Below are positions 25,855 through 39,220 of a stretch of 64,000 nucleotides of DNA, piece after piece. Location: assembly GCF_023055435.1 (NCBI RefSeq), contig NW_025964334.1:37634001-37698000 (forward strand), given 5' to 3'. Numbering within the stretch: the stretch's first letter is position 1; every line of letters begins with the position of its first letter. The position numbers and the translations under genes are program-made. The notes beneath the pieces are model-generated. The model searched no databases and was not told where the DNA came from. It saw only the letters and a list, made by a program, of their open reading frames with translations. The stretch is from Haliotis rufescens. Taxonomy: Eukaryota.

Positions 25855-27140
25855 AACCTGGAGTTGCTTCAAATGACCTTTTTCCTCAAAACAAACATTT
25901 TTAGTTCACATGATTACAAGCAATAAAATAAAACTAATTTCGTGAGATATTTCAAAAAAATATTTATTCACATGCTATATTACAAGACAATTTCTTGGGA
26001 GACTTTGCACTTTTCATTCTCATGAATGAGTCGTATTTTCTTGGGTGAGGTGATTTTTTCAGAGATGGGTCCTTTTCACAAAAGAAAATAGATGTATAGA
26101 TGAGTGGATCCATATTGTCTAATATAATGGATAATGGCAGCCTATACGCAGCTAGAGTTTAACTTTACAATAGAGTCTGCGGAATAAAATGTATTATGAA
26201 TGTAAATAGTGTGCTTTACTTACGTTTTCTTCTCAACATATTTGAAATGAATTCTTTTTTTCGTCTGGTCATTGAAAGCTATGTGCACATATTCTGAAAA
26301 GATATGAAAAAAACATTAAAATGCTTTTCATTTCAGTAATTAACACATTCCACAAACTTTAGGCACATGAACAAAGTAAGATAAGTGAGGTGAGTTGAAA
26401 TTGGGTTGAATGTCGCGTCCAAGATAATTGCACTTATATAGCATGTGCGTGCGTGCGTGTGAGTGTGTGTGTGTGCGTGCGTGCTTGTGCTAGTCGTCTG
26501 CATCTTCCGTTTTGTATAGGTCACTCCATAAGTTGTCAGTGACTGCATACTTGTGTAGGGGGCACTCAATGTTCACACTGTCATGAAGCTGAAATTATAT
26601 AAGGATGAGTATACTGCGAAAATTACATTGGATTAATTGGTTAAAAGAGACTTATGTATCATGTTTGGGAGAGGCATTCAGATAAGCAAAATTTGCTTGT
26701 TTGCCAATCCCTCCACTTTATGGAAATAGATATGTTTATATCAAGAGACTTCTAAACCATAACCGAACTCAAAACTAACCCCATGTGTCGTAAATGGGTG
26801 CTCTAAGGTAAAAGGATGGTAAACACGTGTTTCATTGGCAAGGGGTACTCAACCCTTATGATCGGAAAGGGGGTCCAAGGACAAAGGAGAGACCAGACCT
26901 ACTACCCAGAGGGGCCAGCCTGGTACAAGACTTAGCGTAAAGCTAGCCTAGTCTATGTCATCAGCAGCTGGTCACTGCGGCGGAATGTGGTTTTGGCGTT
27001 GCTGTTCAAGTTCGAATTTCCGATAGGCCTGTCTCCACTAAAAAAAAATAGATAAATTTTCGGACAGCATAATCTGATGTCAGATCTTAAAAAAGTCCCG
27101 AACGACTGTGAAACCATGGTAAGAAGTATTATTATTATTG

Positions 27141-27492
27141 AGGTGAGGTGAAATTGGGTTTAACGTCGCGTCCAAGATTATTGCACTTATATAGCGACGT
27201 GCGTGCACGTGTATTTGTGTGTGTGGCTGCTTGTACTAGTCCGGACTGATGCCGATTTATAGTGCTAGCTCACTGAGATACCATGCCGCAGTTTAACATG
27301 AATACCCCACTCAGACACAGTATACTGACTCCGAGCCGACCAGTCCTTGTTTCAGCCCCTTAATGCCGAGCGCCAGACAGGGTAACAACAAGTACAATCT
27401 TTTAACGTCTTTTTGTATGACGCGGCCCGGGATCGAACCCTGGACCTTCCGCTCTCCGGGCGGACGCTCTACCACAAGACCACGGAGGCGGT
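27141..27492 (-). mobile_element. tRNA-derived SINE family C
   Basis: A box TGGTCTTGTGG and B box GGTTCGATCCC, flanked by a TATTATTATTGA direct repeat. Confidence 0.88.
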
Positions 27493-27649
27493 CTATTATT
27501 ATTGAAGCAACCTTCCCAAATGTGTGTGCTGCATAAGCCGGAGTGGTTCCCCTTGAATTTCCAAAATATGAATCGACAAACGAAACGAAACATATCCAGT
27601 TGGGGGTTATTCTTTTTTAGTTTGGTGGGAAAATGATATGAAACACTGG

Positions 27650-28340
27650 GGTCTGACTGACTGATATAGGAGATTTAACGTGCGCTTTCCGACTGTAGCG
27701 TATTTCGCACACGGGCCTGGCCGGACCATTTATTGTATTCCGAAAAGGGTGAAAGTGATGTGTGCAACCCAAGAGGGGGGTTTTAGGGGTTGCTTATATT
27801 GAAGTTTTGGAATTTTTAAATTTGGAATAAATGCCGAGGTGGGTGGAGGAGGGAACTAAGGGAGCCGGGTGAGGTGGATGTTTGTATGTTTATTGGATTT
27901 TGGATTGGTAGAATAATTAGTTTTTAGATGCGCTTAATTAGGTCTGTTTTGATTAGGAATACGCCTAGGGCCTTGAAGTTTTCTGGTATATTTTGAGGGT
28001 TTAGTATTTCATCTAGAGTAGGAACCTTATTTAGATTGAGGGTGGTTTGTAGTGTGGTTCTGTGTGTTTGGTAGTGGGTGCAGTGGATGAGTGCGTGTTC
28101 TGTGGTTTCGGGTTGTTTGCAGTGGGGGCAGTTGCCTGTGATGTGTCTTTTAAGGTTTTTTAGGTGGTTATTTAGGTTCGTGTGTCCTATTTGGAGTTTT
28201 GTAATAAATCTGTCAATTTTTTTAGAGAGGTGTAGGATTTTAGGTTTTGGCTAGTGGTTTTCTGAGCACTTTTTTGATTTGGCTATTTGAGTTTTGATAT
28301 TGATTATGCCATTTTATGGTTATTTTTTGTTTGTTTACAC
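27650..28340 (-). mobile_element. I/Nimb-group LINE 3' end
   Basis: CPHCKQPETTEHALIHC..LIKTDLIKRI* followed by a 3' UTR ending CACGTTAAATC and (CAGT)n. Confidence 0.75.
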
Positions 28341-31300
28341 TTTAAATTCCCCCCCCCCCCCCCCCCTAAAGTAGCACGCTAAAGGTTTTCAATATATTCG
28401 ATAACATACTACTTAGATGCGAACTGTTTAATTGACAGCTGTTAATTGGTAACGGTCAAGCCTCAGTGAATTTGCATTGGGAGTGTGTGTGTGAGGGGGC
28501 GTCTGAAATAAAGGTGGATTCAGTCGGAATAAAGATAAGATAATGATCTCATAAATTTTATTGAAGGCTTTGAAAGTTTAGGATCGGCGAGACCGTAACA
28601 CAGAGTAATTAACAAAACGATCACGTGATCGTGGCGCTGATAGACAAAACCCACCGACCACGTGCGCGAGACAATGTATCACCGTATGAAGTGACAATAC
28701 CCGAGGATATTTAATTGCCAAGTTGGCAGGAAGTCTGGCGGCACGGCACGTACAATATGCGTCGTTTGGGTATTCTATATTGTCTCAGCACCAGCTTTGA
28801 TGGGGCAATAAGAAAAGATGATATATATGTTTATTTTAGGAAAACATTAATACAACAATTTGTTATATTAATATACATAGGGTCTATAAAGTTATTTTTA
28901 TCTAAATATTTCTAACGTTATAAATAATAGAAAACTGGCATGTAAATCATCAAAATACTGCATGGATTGGTATTTTGTAATTTTCCGTGTTTTCACTTTC
29001 ACTGATCACCACAGGCAAATTCATGGTCACATAGCTACACTACAAGTGTCGCCATACAGCTACAATAAGTTGCCTAATGTACATGTAGACAGTATACAAG
29101 TCGCAATAACACCATAGGGGATGGAGATATCTCCTTTTCAGATTAGATTGTTTGCGTATTTTTTTATCAAAAGTGGTAGAAATAAATACACTAAAATTAG
29201 ACTCTTACAAATCGCGTTTCGCATGGCAGCAGAGCCACACATTCACTGTTTGGAGTACAGGTTGTTATTTGGTTGTTGTTATATGAAATAACCGTGTTAC
29301 CAAAATTCCACGTTCTAGGATCGGCGTTTCCAGAAATAAAACAACAAATATTTTGACGTCTTACCTGTATCGTAACTGCAAGACGGTAACCAGACGCTGT
29401 AACTCTGCTGACTGCACGTGGTTCGGGATCTTTGCTGTGGCTGAAATAAAGAGTGCTATGTTTTACAGAAAGAGACCACGTTGCTTGTGCCATTGTTCAA
29501 AGACATTGTGCGTAGGTACGATTCTGAATATACACGAATATATACAAGTCACATGACAAAGAAGGTATTTACATGAAAGATATTTCAAATCTCGATGTTA
29601 GAGACCTTGAGAAATGTAGATTTAACTGAATCCAATCCGATTTAGTGTTACTATCATTCATTACAAATGGATAATACGATATTGCATTATAGAGAGGGTA
29701 ATTATAGCTACCTGAAGGAGCAACCATATGTCCACTCTTTGATGTTGCCGCCAAACCGGACGCGTTATTGTAACTCGCAAGAACACTGTGTACACAGCTT
29801 CTTTCTAAATTTGGAGTAGCGTAAGTGTGGTGAAAGAACAATATGAATGTAAGTCAGGCATGAAGTTGCACGGAGGAACCAACGTGAGACTTTATAATCA
29901 CATGGTTGTTCATATATGTTGTTTAATGCTTGATAGGTATTACCGCTTAAAAGGTGGTTTTGTATTTATAATAAAAACTGATCGTTTACATTTAACATAG
30001 AATATAAAAATAGTTTTGTCTGGGTAGCAACATAACTGTTGCATAGGGTATGTTGTTTAATGATAATACTATATGAAAATTCCTCGAGCCAGCTGACTTA
30101 CACTATGGATAGTGTACAAGGCAACAGTTATAGAACATCACGTGATAAAGTTGATGGAAACGGCAAAATATTTATTTACAATATATGTGTTTCCAGGGGA
30201 AGAGCCTGTTACAAAGTCTGTGTCTAAAAAAAAGTAAACTCGCTCCTTGTCGGACAAAACTGAATGTAATTAAGTTAACTACCTATGTACAGTATCAGTG
30301 GAGTACTTGAATTAATATCAAATTGTAACCCGAGATGCTGGTGCCACACCTTATTACGTGACCACCCAGTGAGGCGTAAACACTCAGGGGCATGATATAC
30401 ACCCTTGTGTTTGATTTGATATACCAATCAGCCGTGGACGCCCGACCATAAAAATGGTATATATAGATTTAACCCTAATCAGGTATCGTTAAATATCGTT
30501 AAATCGTCGAGAACGTTCTGTCAGACGATCAAACGATAACAATTCAACAAGTCGGTAAATCACATCGAAAACCCAAGTTCTGGTCGCAGTGAGAAGCTCT
30601 GGATACCTTGAGGAGGTTTCACCAGCTCTGCTTCAACAACGTTGACATGGGTAAGGCATTTTATTCTATTTTTGTACACCAAACACTGTATATATCTTGA
30701 AGAACCTTTGCCTTCTGTTTGGATCATGGTTTCTTTATGAACATATTCACTGAACATGTTGCTACCCTATTACAGATCTTACCAACGTCATCAACAGTCA
30801 AGGCAGACATCTTTCTTCAAGAAATCTGCCCAAAAGGAAAAACACTGAAATTGGTAAGTAATGCTTATGTGCAATGTCGTTAACTATAGTTCATTTATTG
30901 CATCGGCACTATTAGGTAGAGTTGAGCTACGAACGCGAAAATAAACTGGTACGGCGAATGTAGGGGTGAGGTACTCCATCGGCTTCGTTGCGCTGGGTTT
31001 TTTTACCACCACCGACTGTGTTGCCAATTAAAATTTCGTTTCGGAATCAAAGCACGGTGCATGTTTTTTTTTTTTATCAAAATGTCAACATGATCTAGGA
31101 AAGGAAGAGCCAGGGTTCTGCGAACATACGCGGATTGTGTAGCCTTTATATATATATGGTTTCGCGTGGCATTATATTGGTGTTACGTACGTAGTATACC
31201 AGGTAAGTGTTGCCCTCGTTGCCCACAGGGCCATGACTTAATTAGGGTGCGAGTTGGTGGGTGGCTCGGTCTACTCGGTGGTGCTAACAGTAGGCGTAGG

Positions 31301-31532
31301 GCTAGGCAAGTTTACGAGACATACTCTCGCGTGGACCTAGTGATAGAACCCTTTCTTCGTTTTGAGAGGACATGTCGATATCGAATTTCGCGAATTTTCT
31401 TCTCGAATTTCTGGGCAACAATGCAGTTTACCGGGCGCAGCCCGAGCTCTACCATCCGCTCAATTACCGCGCTATAGTGCCACGCTGTCTCGTTATACCG
31501 TTACCGTGCCTCACGCTCTGGTGACTCTCGCT

Positions 31533-31705
31533 TCACGATCCAACACCCGTTTTCGGTCTTAGGGAAACTTACACATCTTTACAATCAAACACCCGTTCTC
31601 GGTCTAAGGGAAACTTACACATCTTTACGATCAAACACCCGTTCTAGGTCTTAGGGAAACTTACACGTCTTTACGATCCAACACCCGTTTTTCGGTCATT
31701 AGGGT
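31533..31705. repeat. ~45-bp tandem repeat (about 3.5 copies)
   Basis: Units of ACGATC(C/A)AACACCCGTT..GGTCTTAGGGAAACTTACACATCTTT. Confidence 0.9.
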
Positions 31706-32147
31706 TAGCTGGCTTTGGGCAAGGGTTAGCCATAAATTCTTACTTTTTCAAGCGTTAATTCAGTTAATCCCATTGGTTGTTGACATAAACAATTGCGGGT
31801 GTGGTTTCAAGAAAAGATGAATGGGAGAGCGGGCCGTGACGTCACACGCATGCGCAATTCATTGTTTACTCAATTACACATGCATGTCAATGGTGATTCT
31901 AATGACCTGTTAAACGAGCACTGATTACTTGTGATAGGCCTGTGGTCCAGTGGTAGAGCGTCGGCTAATTAACGCATTAATTAGCAGAGCCGGTGAGTCG
32001 GGGAAGCGCGTTCGAGCCTCAACAGCGCTAATTGGATCTGAAAAAGTGCGCACTTATCCCGATTTAATGGGTCATTATTGTGTAATTGGTATCCAAGCAC
32101 AACATGTCTTTTTGTGATATTTCCTTTCCAGTTTCCAGTGAATTCTA

Positions 32148-32317
32148 TGCTTGTCTTAAGAGGCGACTAACACTATTGCGTGGTCAGGCTCGCTGACCTG
32201 CATTGATGCTCATGATATGAATCTCTGAAATGTCTGGTCCAGATTCGATTAATTACAGACCGCTGTCATATAGGTGGAATATTGCTGAATGCGGCAGTAA
32301 ACAACAAACCAAACCAA
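32148..32317 (+). mobile_element. SINE family A, partial
   Basis: TGCTTGTCTTAAGAGGCGACTAA..GGAATATTGCTGAATGCGGC. Confidence 0.8.
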
Positions 32318-33185
32318 AACATATATTACTGTCTACATATCCTATTGGTAGGGAGTTATGTAGATGTTTATTTAGAAACCAGTGGAGCTTAGTATCCACA
32401 GTGCACATATATGGGTTACGTTATTGTAGTTTGTCCAATATTATTAGTAAAGGATGTAATGGGATTTGTTTTGTAATGGGATCGTGCCATGTATGTCAAG
32501 ACATTTGTTTGTACATTATATTTGTAACACACGTTTAGAAGGATAGAAATTTATCTTTGTCTTAGCTAAATGCTTGGTACGGGCCTGTTGAATAAATTCA
32601 ATGTTTGTCTGGTAGGCTTGTCTAATTTTGGAGGAATTGTGGATTTTTGAGAATGGAAATTGGCAATTGTTATATTTGTATGACTATCCAATTACATTAA
32701 AGTTGCAATTTATGTATTGTTCAAATATTTATTTGACATTTCCAGGACCAGTCAAGCTGCAAGACTTTGTCGGCCAGTCAAAAGTGGACGCTGCAATCCA
32801 AGGTATCACTTTTAGTGCTATCATGAAGATAGTTATCAATGAAATTATTGGTATATGACTCCACATACAATATCATGTATAGCATATTTATTCCTTGAGG
32901 CTATACTATACAATTCAAAGTAAATGCTGAAGTCACATGTGGTTAATATTTTTATAATTTATGTAAATTGTTTTAAACCACATTAGAATTGTTTTGAAGC
33001 AAGTATTTCATGTCCAGTTGCTCATCCTAAGTATAAAAGAATCTGCACACAATGTTGAAACTATTTAAATGCACAAGATTGATTTTTCTCTCAATATTCA
33101 AATCAATATTCTGTAAAAATAAACAAGTTTTGTACAATTTGATTTGTTTTCATAGTGATAATACTGATGTAAATACTATTTTCAG

Positions 33186-33444
33186 GTGAAACTTTCTTTC
33201 TCATGGTGGGGCACACGCATGAAGATTTGGGTCAACTGTTAAGTGTTTAGTGCAAGGGAACTTAGACAGAAGCCTGCAACAACCCGCGATGCCCTCCTTC
33301 AAGATTGGGGACATCCGGACACCCACCACCAAGCTATCAGACTTCAAGCCCTTCATGCCTGCCCCAAGGGAAGCGACAACCTTCCCAACTAAAGTTCAAG
33401 AGGCAATAGAGAAGAACAATGAAAAACTGCAAAAACAATCAAAG
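33186..33444 (+). pseudogene. Frameshifted exon of a DDE/D transposase (GHTHEDxDQxFS family, Sola-like)
   Basis: After the acceptor TTTTCAG: VKLSF/LMVGHTHEDLGQLLSV, then in another frame ARELRQKPATTRDALL, then LSDFKPFM. A GT donor follows 33444. Confidence 0.65.
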
Positions 33445-34313
33445 GTAATTTCAATAAATATTGCATTTCTTTTGAAATATGTATTGTGATGTGTAATATT
33501 AGGGTTAGTCAGCGTTACTTAGAGTATGTGTAATGGGGGCAGAGAAACAACCCAACTTCATGAGGTTACTATTTTTGCTTTTATTGTATAGATGCACTGT
33601 GATTTTAATTATGTTCTCATATTCTTTACATTTTTTTTCTTTACTTTCAGATCACTCTGACAAAGCACCGAAGACAAGCGTCAGTATCAGAACAATAAAG
33701 AAGGAGCAGCAAGTTTTGCTGAAATGAACATATTTTTTGTCTAAGCTATGTGGCTGAGATATTGCCGAGGATTGCATTGCAGGAGTTTTGTACTTTGTAT
33801 GTTTTTGTTTCTTAGTAAAGCTGTGTATTTAGAATTGTATATATATATACATATATAAGATGAGATGTGCACAATGAAATTTATGAAACAATATATGCAG
33901 TTTTATTGTAAAATCTTGGTTGTGTTCTATTTTTTTCCATGTCTGAAGTTAACCTACTTTCAGAGTACCGTATATCACATGTAGGTTGTTTCTTTGAATT
34001 CCAACTGGGGATTATATATTTGGTTGGCCCGATGGAATAATTATGAAATTTATTTTTTGAGAATCACATTCACCTTTAATGTTGTACACTTCAAAGTCGT
34101 CAAAAGGCCATTGAAGATGGTCACTGACATTCTCATAATAATTTAGATAATTATAGGGTAAGCTCAAGGTTCAATGATTTGCATCTAACTAGTATACAAA
34201 GGTATGAGGCCAACATGTTGTTCCATTGTTTAATTCGAGTGACGTCAACTTTTCTTGATAAATTTGGTAAATATAATTCCAAGATAAATATCTTCAATTG
34301 CTGAATTCAATTC

Positions 34314-34681
34314 AAACTATCCAATGATTGAATCTTATTTCTCCTGAATTAAAATAATTCTGCTAAATATTACTGCAGAAAAAAATTCGGCCAGAAATTT
34401 CTGTAGAAAAAAAAAAATTCGGCCAGAAATTTCTGTAGAAAAAAAAAATACTGCCAGAAATTTCTGCAGAAAAAAAAAATTCGGCCAGAAATTTCTGCAG
34501 TAATGCATTTTCTGAGCCAATTTTTGAGCTTATGAACATGTGAACACACTGGGACACACATTATTTGGATTCGACTCCTCGAGAGCTTTCCAATGATATA
34601 AAACATGTTTTTGTAGCTCGCTTCCTTCTGTGTGGTCAAGTTCGGACTCCTGGCCATTCCTAAGTTGTCCCGCCCTGCCTT
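34314..34681 (-). repeat. Right TIR (368 bp)
   Basis: Reverse complement of 25487-25854. Confidence 0.97.
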
Positions 34682-34685
34682 GACA

Positions 34686-35480
34686 TCTATTGACATGGAA
34701 GTTATGGAGAAATATTCTTAATTTACAAAGAACTCTCAATAGAGATTTATCTTGTGAAACAGTTAAATATTTTTTTCTGGTTGTAACAATGATTTGATAC
34801 TAGCATAACGCTTGAGAAAATGTGAAGAGGCTTGCTGGTGCCAGTTTTGTTTACAATTGATATATCTGATAATCTTTGTTGAACTGTATTTAAAAAATAG
34901 GTTTTTTTCATTACCGGTGTTTTGTGAGATCCATACAAAGGAAAATCCAGAATTAAGTAATACACTTCTTACACCAGACACCCAGTTCGTTTCCCCTTCA
35001 TCGTCTAATTGCTGTAGAATTTTGAAACATTGAAATGGGTACCTGTAAACTTCCATCTTTAATAATTTTATCCAATATTTAAGAACACGCAGCTGGCTAT
35101 GTACATATATGCTACAGCGACGAGTTAAGTACTGCCTCATTTGACGCATATTTACCAATGCATACAAATCGCTTACTAGCGATGGTCTTACAAGCCACGG
35201 ACAAATTTAGTCATGGCGACATTATGAATCATTATTATTTATAGTAACTAGCAACTTATAAATGTTTATCACCAGAAATCCAATTTTCCTGCTTCGATAC
35301 AATTCCTTGATTCTAAAAATAATACCATTGGTTTTCTCAAGGTTTACTTGTGAACCCCTCTTAAACAGAAGGACCGCAATACATTAAGCTGTATCTGCAA
35401 GCCTACCACATAGAGTAGGACACCAGAGCAACATCATCCGCGAACAGCAATAGCATAATATCTGTAATGTCTTGTGTCAC
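34686..35480 (-). mobile_element. CR1/L2-group LINE RT and 3' remnant (continues at about 25330-25482)
   Basis: MLLLFADDVALV, RVLKYWIKLLKM..RYP..C and NWVSGVRSVLLNSGFSFVW. Confidence 0.8.
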
Positions 35481-36179
35481 TAACTCTGAATTGCCCAACA
35501 CTTAGTTGTAGAGTAATTCTGTCTGATTGTTTACCTTGGTAGGAAATAAAAACATAACTATTTGCATAACAATGATGTAGTAGATTCCGTGTACTATATC
35601 TAATACTTTTTCATGTTGTTTGTAAAATAAAACATCGTGCTATATTCTATCGAATGATTATTAATGATCTCAGAAAGGATCATAGATTGCAGTGTACCTT
35701 TACATTTAATATTGAATGCCTTCTATCAAAGTAAATAATATGACTAAAAAAACAAATTGACATGATAGCTCCGTGTTTTTTTAAATAAAACCTGTAGCAT
35801 ATCAGGAAAGCCTGGATAATGTCTGGGTAAGCCTACACAAATTGACTTATTTACGTTTAAGGGGTAATTTTTCAAAGAGCTTGCCCAGACATGATGTTAA
35901 ATTACCAACTCTATCATTTCGAGGATCAGATCTCTCATTCTCTCCTTATTTATTGGTATAACAATGTCTAGTGTATGGTCATAGGGTGCATATAAATGTT
36001 TTATCATATGATTAAAATGTATGCATAAGAAAGATGTAAGATATTTGCCTGCATAAATATTATGTTCCTTTGTAATCTTATGCAGACCTGTCGATTTATA
36101 CCTGCCGAGGGATTTTACACACTCTCTTCTGCGACGTAAATCCTTTTTCTCTTTCCATGCCAGGCCCCTCCTTAAATAT

Positions 36180-36456
36180 ATGTACATGTACCTTACTGGT
36201 TATGTCCTCGTCAAATCTTTCAGAATGGTAGGGGTTGGCTAAATCTGAAATATAGTTACCCCCCATAATCTCCAATATTTAAGGGTGCAGAACCACTTTC
36301 ACCCTTAAGTATGTGTATATCAGCCACCCGCCCGCGTTGTTTTCTGACCAGTTTTATATAAGGGTTATATAAGATCCGGACAGAGCTATGCAAATCACTC
36401 TGTTCCTGTAATAAACTTTGGAACGCACAAGTTGATCTACGTCATCTGTGTCTACA
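36180..36456 (+). mobile_element. Possible solo-LTR-like sequence
   Basis: TATATAAG, AATAAA and a ...TCTACA end. The 3' ~55 bp recur at 38419-38471. Confidence 0.4.
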
Positions 36457-36824
36457 TTAATCTTTCTTAACTTTATGGTAAGCCCTTTTCATGTGTTGTC
36501 ACCTAAATTACATTTTAATCTCTATGTATATTTTATGTTTTTTATTTGTATTGATACTGTGAACATTTGATACTTGAATTTGCTTGTTCAACGTCAGCAA
36601 TAATATTTAAGTCTTATTAATAATCGGAGAGTATATGTATATTATTGTTAAAAGGCTTGCATAAAGCACTCCTATTGTAAGTTGTATGCTTAATGCCATT
36701 GAATGACCTGTAGTTAGGGAAGCACGGTATTCAGTAACGTCAATACCGTAGTCATTCCTAAATAAGGTATCATTAGTATAACATACATTCCGCTGACGTT
36801 GGCAATACTTGTATTTCGTTTATA

Positions 36825-38244
36825 TACTGAACCGCAACAGAAACGTCACCCCAAGTAACATTGCATGAAAAGTTGTCATTTGAATATCTGGGTAATTTTT
36901 GTCAAAGTTTCTAAAATTTAACATTACCCTGTCCGGGAAAAATGAAATTTGATCATAAAAAAACAAAGCAGATGACAATAAAACCCATCGCCCAAACGCA
37001 TCACGGCAACGGCCATGGTAACCCGATGCACATGGGTTCCGTGCAAATTGAAATGTACATGCGTTCTCCAATTTCTTGCCCCATAAAAATCCACCCAGAC
37101 CGGATAACATTCATTCGTTATTGAATTGCTACCACATGCCAAGATTGACAAGAAATCAGCGACACCAAGCCCTTGGACGATTGCAAGCTAGACAAACCGC
37201 CCAGCAAGTAGCCAATGCATTTCAAGTCCACGTAAGGACCATATACAGGCGCCAAAAACGGTACCAGACCGCCAACACTACAGATGACCGCCCAATTAGT
37301 GGAAGATCAAGGGCCACCAACCGACGTCAGGATCGTCAGATTGTGCGACAGCATCTTCAAGATCGCTTTGTTACTGCTGCGGAAACTGCACGACAGACCA
37401 TCGGGACACACCAGCGACACAGTGCGGACACCGTCTTCAGTGGGCAACACCGCACCATCATTGGCGCCACCAGCAGTGGAGAAGAGTCCTCTTCTCAGAC
37501 GAGAACCGTTACTGAATCTCAACAGCAGATGGCAGAGTGAGAGAGTCTGGCGACGTCGTGGGAAACTTTATTCAAATGCTTGTGTTGTTGAGAGAGACTC
37601 GTGGGGTGGTCCGAGCATCATGGTGTGGTCTTTGCACAGAGGGTCGGCCCTGTGTTCTTCCAGAACATCGTTCGAGGGAGAAGCAATGGTGTCACAGCAG
37701 CTCGGTAAATTGATCAAGTCTGGAGACCACATGCCATACCTCATTTGGCACGTCGCCGCAACCACGAGTTTCAGCATGATAACGACCGTGCCCACACTGC
37801 GAGAGCAGCAAGAGACTTCCTCCAGCAGAATGGCATCAGGACCATGCAGTGGCCTGCCCTCAGTCCCGATTTATATCCCATTGAGCACCTGTGGGACGAG
37901 ATTCAAAGACAGCTGAATGACGTCCGACCAAGGCCGACAACTGCAGCTGAACTGCGTCAGGCATTCCTCAGAATGTGTCTCAAGTGCCAATGGCCTTCAT
38001 CAACCGCCTCATCATTTCCATGTATCGACGTTGCACGGCAGTCATCAATGCACATGGCGGACACACGAGATACTGCGAGTGTTGTGTTTCACTTCAAGAA
38101 CATTTGACACATTAATTTAAAACTTGATGATCAGTTTTGCCAAGTTTCATCTTTTTAATATGTCTCAAAGTATGTTTCAAGTGTTTGGAAAACTAAGGTT
38201 TCTCCTATATCTATCCATGGTGACGTTTCTTTTGCGGTTCAGTA
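36825..38244 (+). mobile_element. Tc1 element with a disrupted transposase (ATG about 37136)
   Basis: TIRs TACTGAACCGCAACAGAAACGTCACC / GGTGACGTTTCTTTTGCGGTTCAGTA with TA TSD. Motifs MPRLTRNQRHQALGRL, WGGPSIMVW, FQHDNDRAH and WPALSPDLYPIEHLW. Confidence 0.93.
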
Positions 38245-39220
38245 TATATGTTTTAGTATGTTATCTATATAGCCATGTTCCAATTTATTTGCTTAGACTG
38301 ATGTAATTATTTATAACAATTAATATCTGTAGTAATGTAGGTATTCCATTTCATATATATACATATGTATGTATTCCAATCACTGTAAAGTTATCTACTA
38401 ATTATGTATTGACTCTGCTCCTGTAATAAACTTTGGAACGCACAAATTTCTCTACGTCATCTGCATCTACATATTCTTACTTCTACTTTAAGGACTAGTT
38501 AGTGATGATGATCATTAAAGTATGTATCTAACAGAATATACCCCGAATACATTCCAAATAGCTTCAATGGCATTCCTATAGACATCCTAGGCTGAGGCAT
38601 TTTATCAAAGGTCCCATTCTTCACATTCTTAACATTCGTGCATAATTTAATGACTCCGTCCTCATTGTGACATCAAGCATGTATATTAGCATAACACTAG
38701 ACCAATGAATATACATAGGGCACCTTGTTTTTCAGGTGGTCTAGGTCCACATTTCACTCTTCTAGTACTAATCTCTGAAGTCGCAAACTTTATTCCTTTC
38801 CATTACTGTGTCCATCTTGACGCCTATCACGTCCAACTGGCTGTCACTAATATACCAGCGGCCTCAACAGACCAAATACACTTGCAATGATCTACTCAAA
38901 CAATGTAGCGGTTAAACTTATACGAATGGAACACATATAAAGGATACACCATAAATGACACCATGTGTTCGCGAAAAGGGTAACTATGTCAATCAATACG
39001 GGTAGCACCCGCCACTCAAACAATTTGTACAAATAAGTGTTTGCATTATCAACATCATACTATAAACTCCTGGTTTGTCTGGCCCTTTTTACAACAGTCG
39101 CTATGAATAATGCGACAAGAAAAATATAAACAAACATACAGTTACTTAAAAATATCAAGTCCGCAGTTAACCTGTAGCAAGTCGTCCTTTCTGTAGTAAA
39201 TTGGCTTCTTTTTCAGCAGA

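Larger units (their letters stand above)
25487..34681. mobile_element. 9.2-kb non-autonomous TIR DNA transposon (Sola-like), inserted in a LINE 3' end
   Basis: 368-bp TIRs and a 4-bp TSD GACA (25483-25486, 34682-34685). The flanks rejoin into a LINE C-terminus. A GHTHED transposase remnant lies inside. Confidence 0.88.

Noticed and set aside
29197-30757. Minus-strand cargo gene within the large transposon
   Set aside because: The ORFs are short with no recognisable motifs, and I could not build a consistent splice model.
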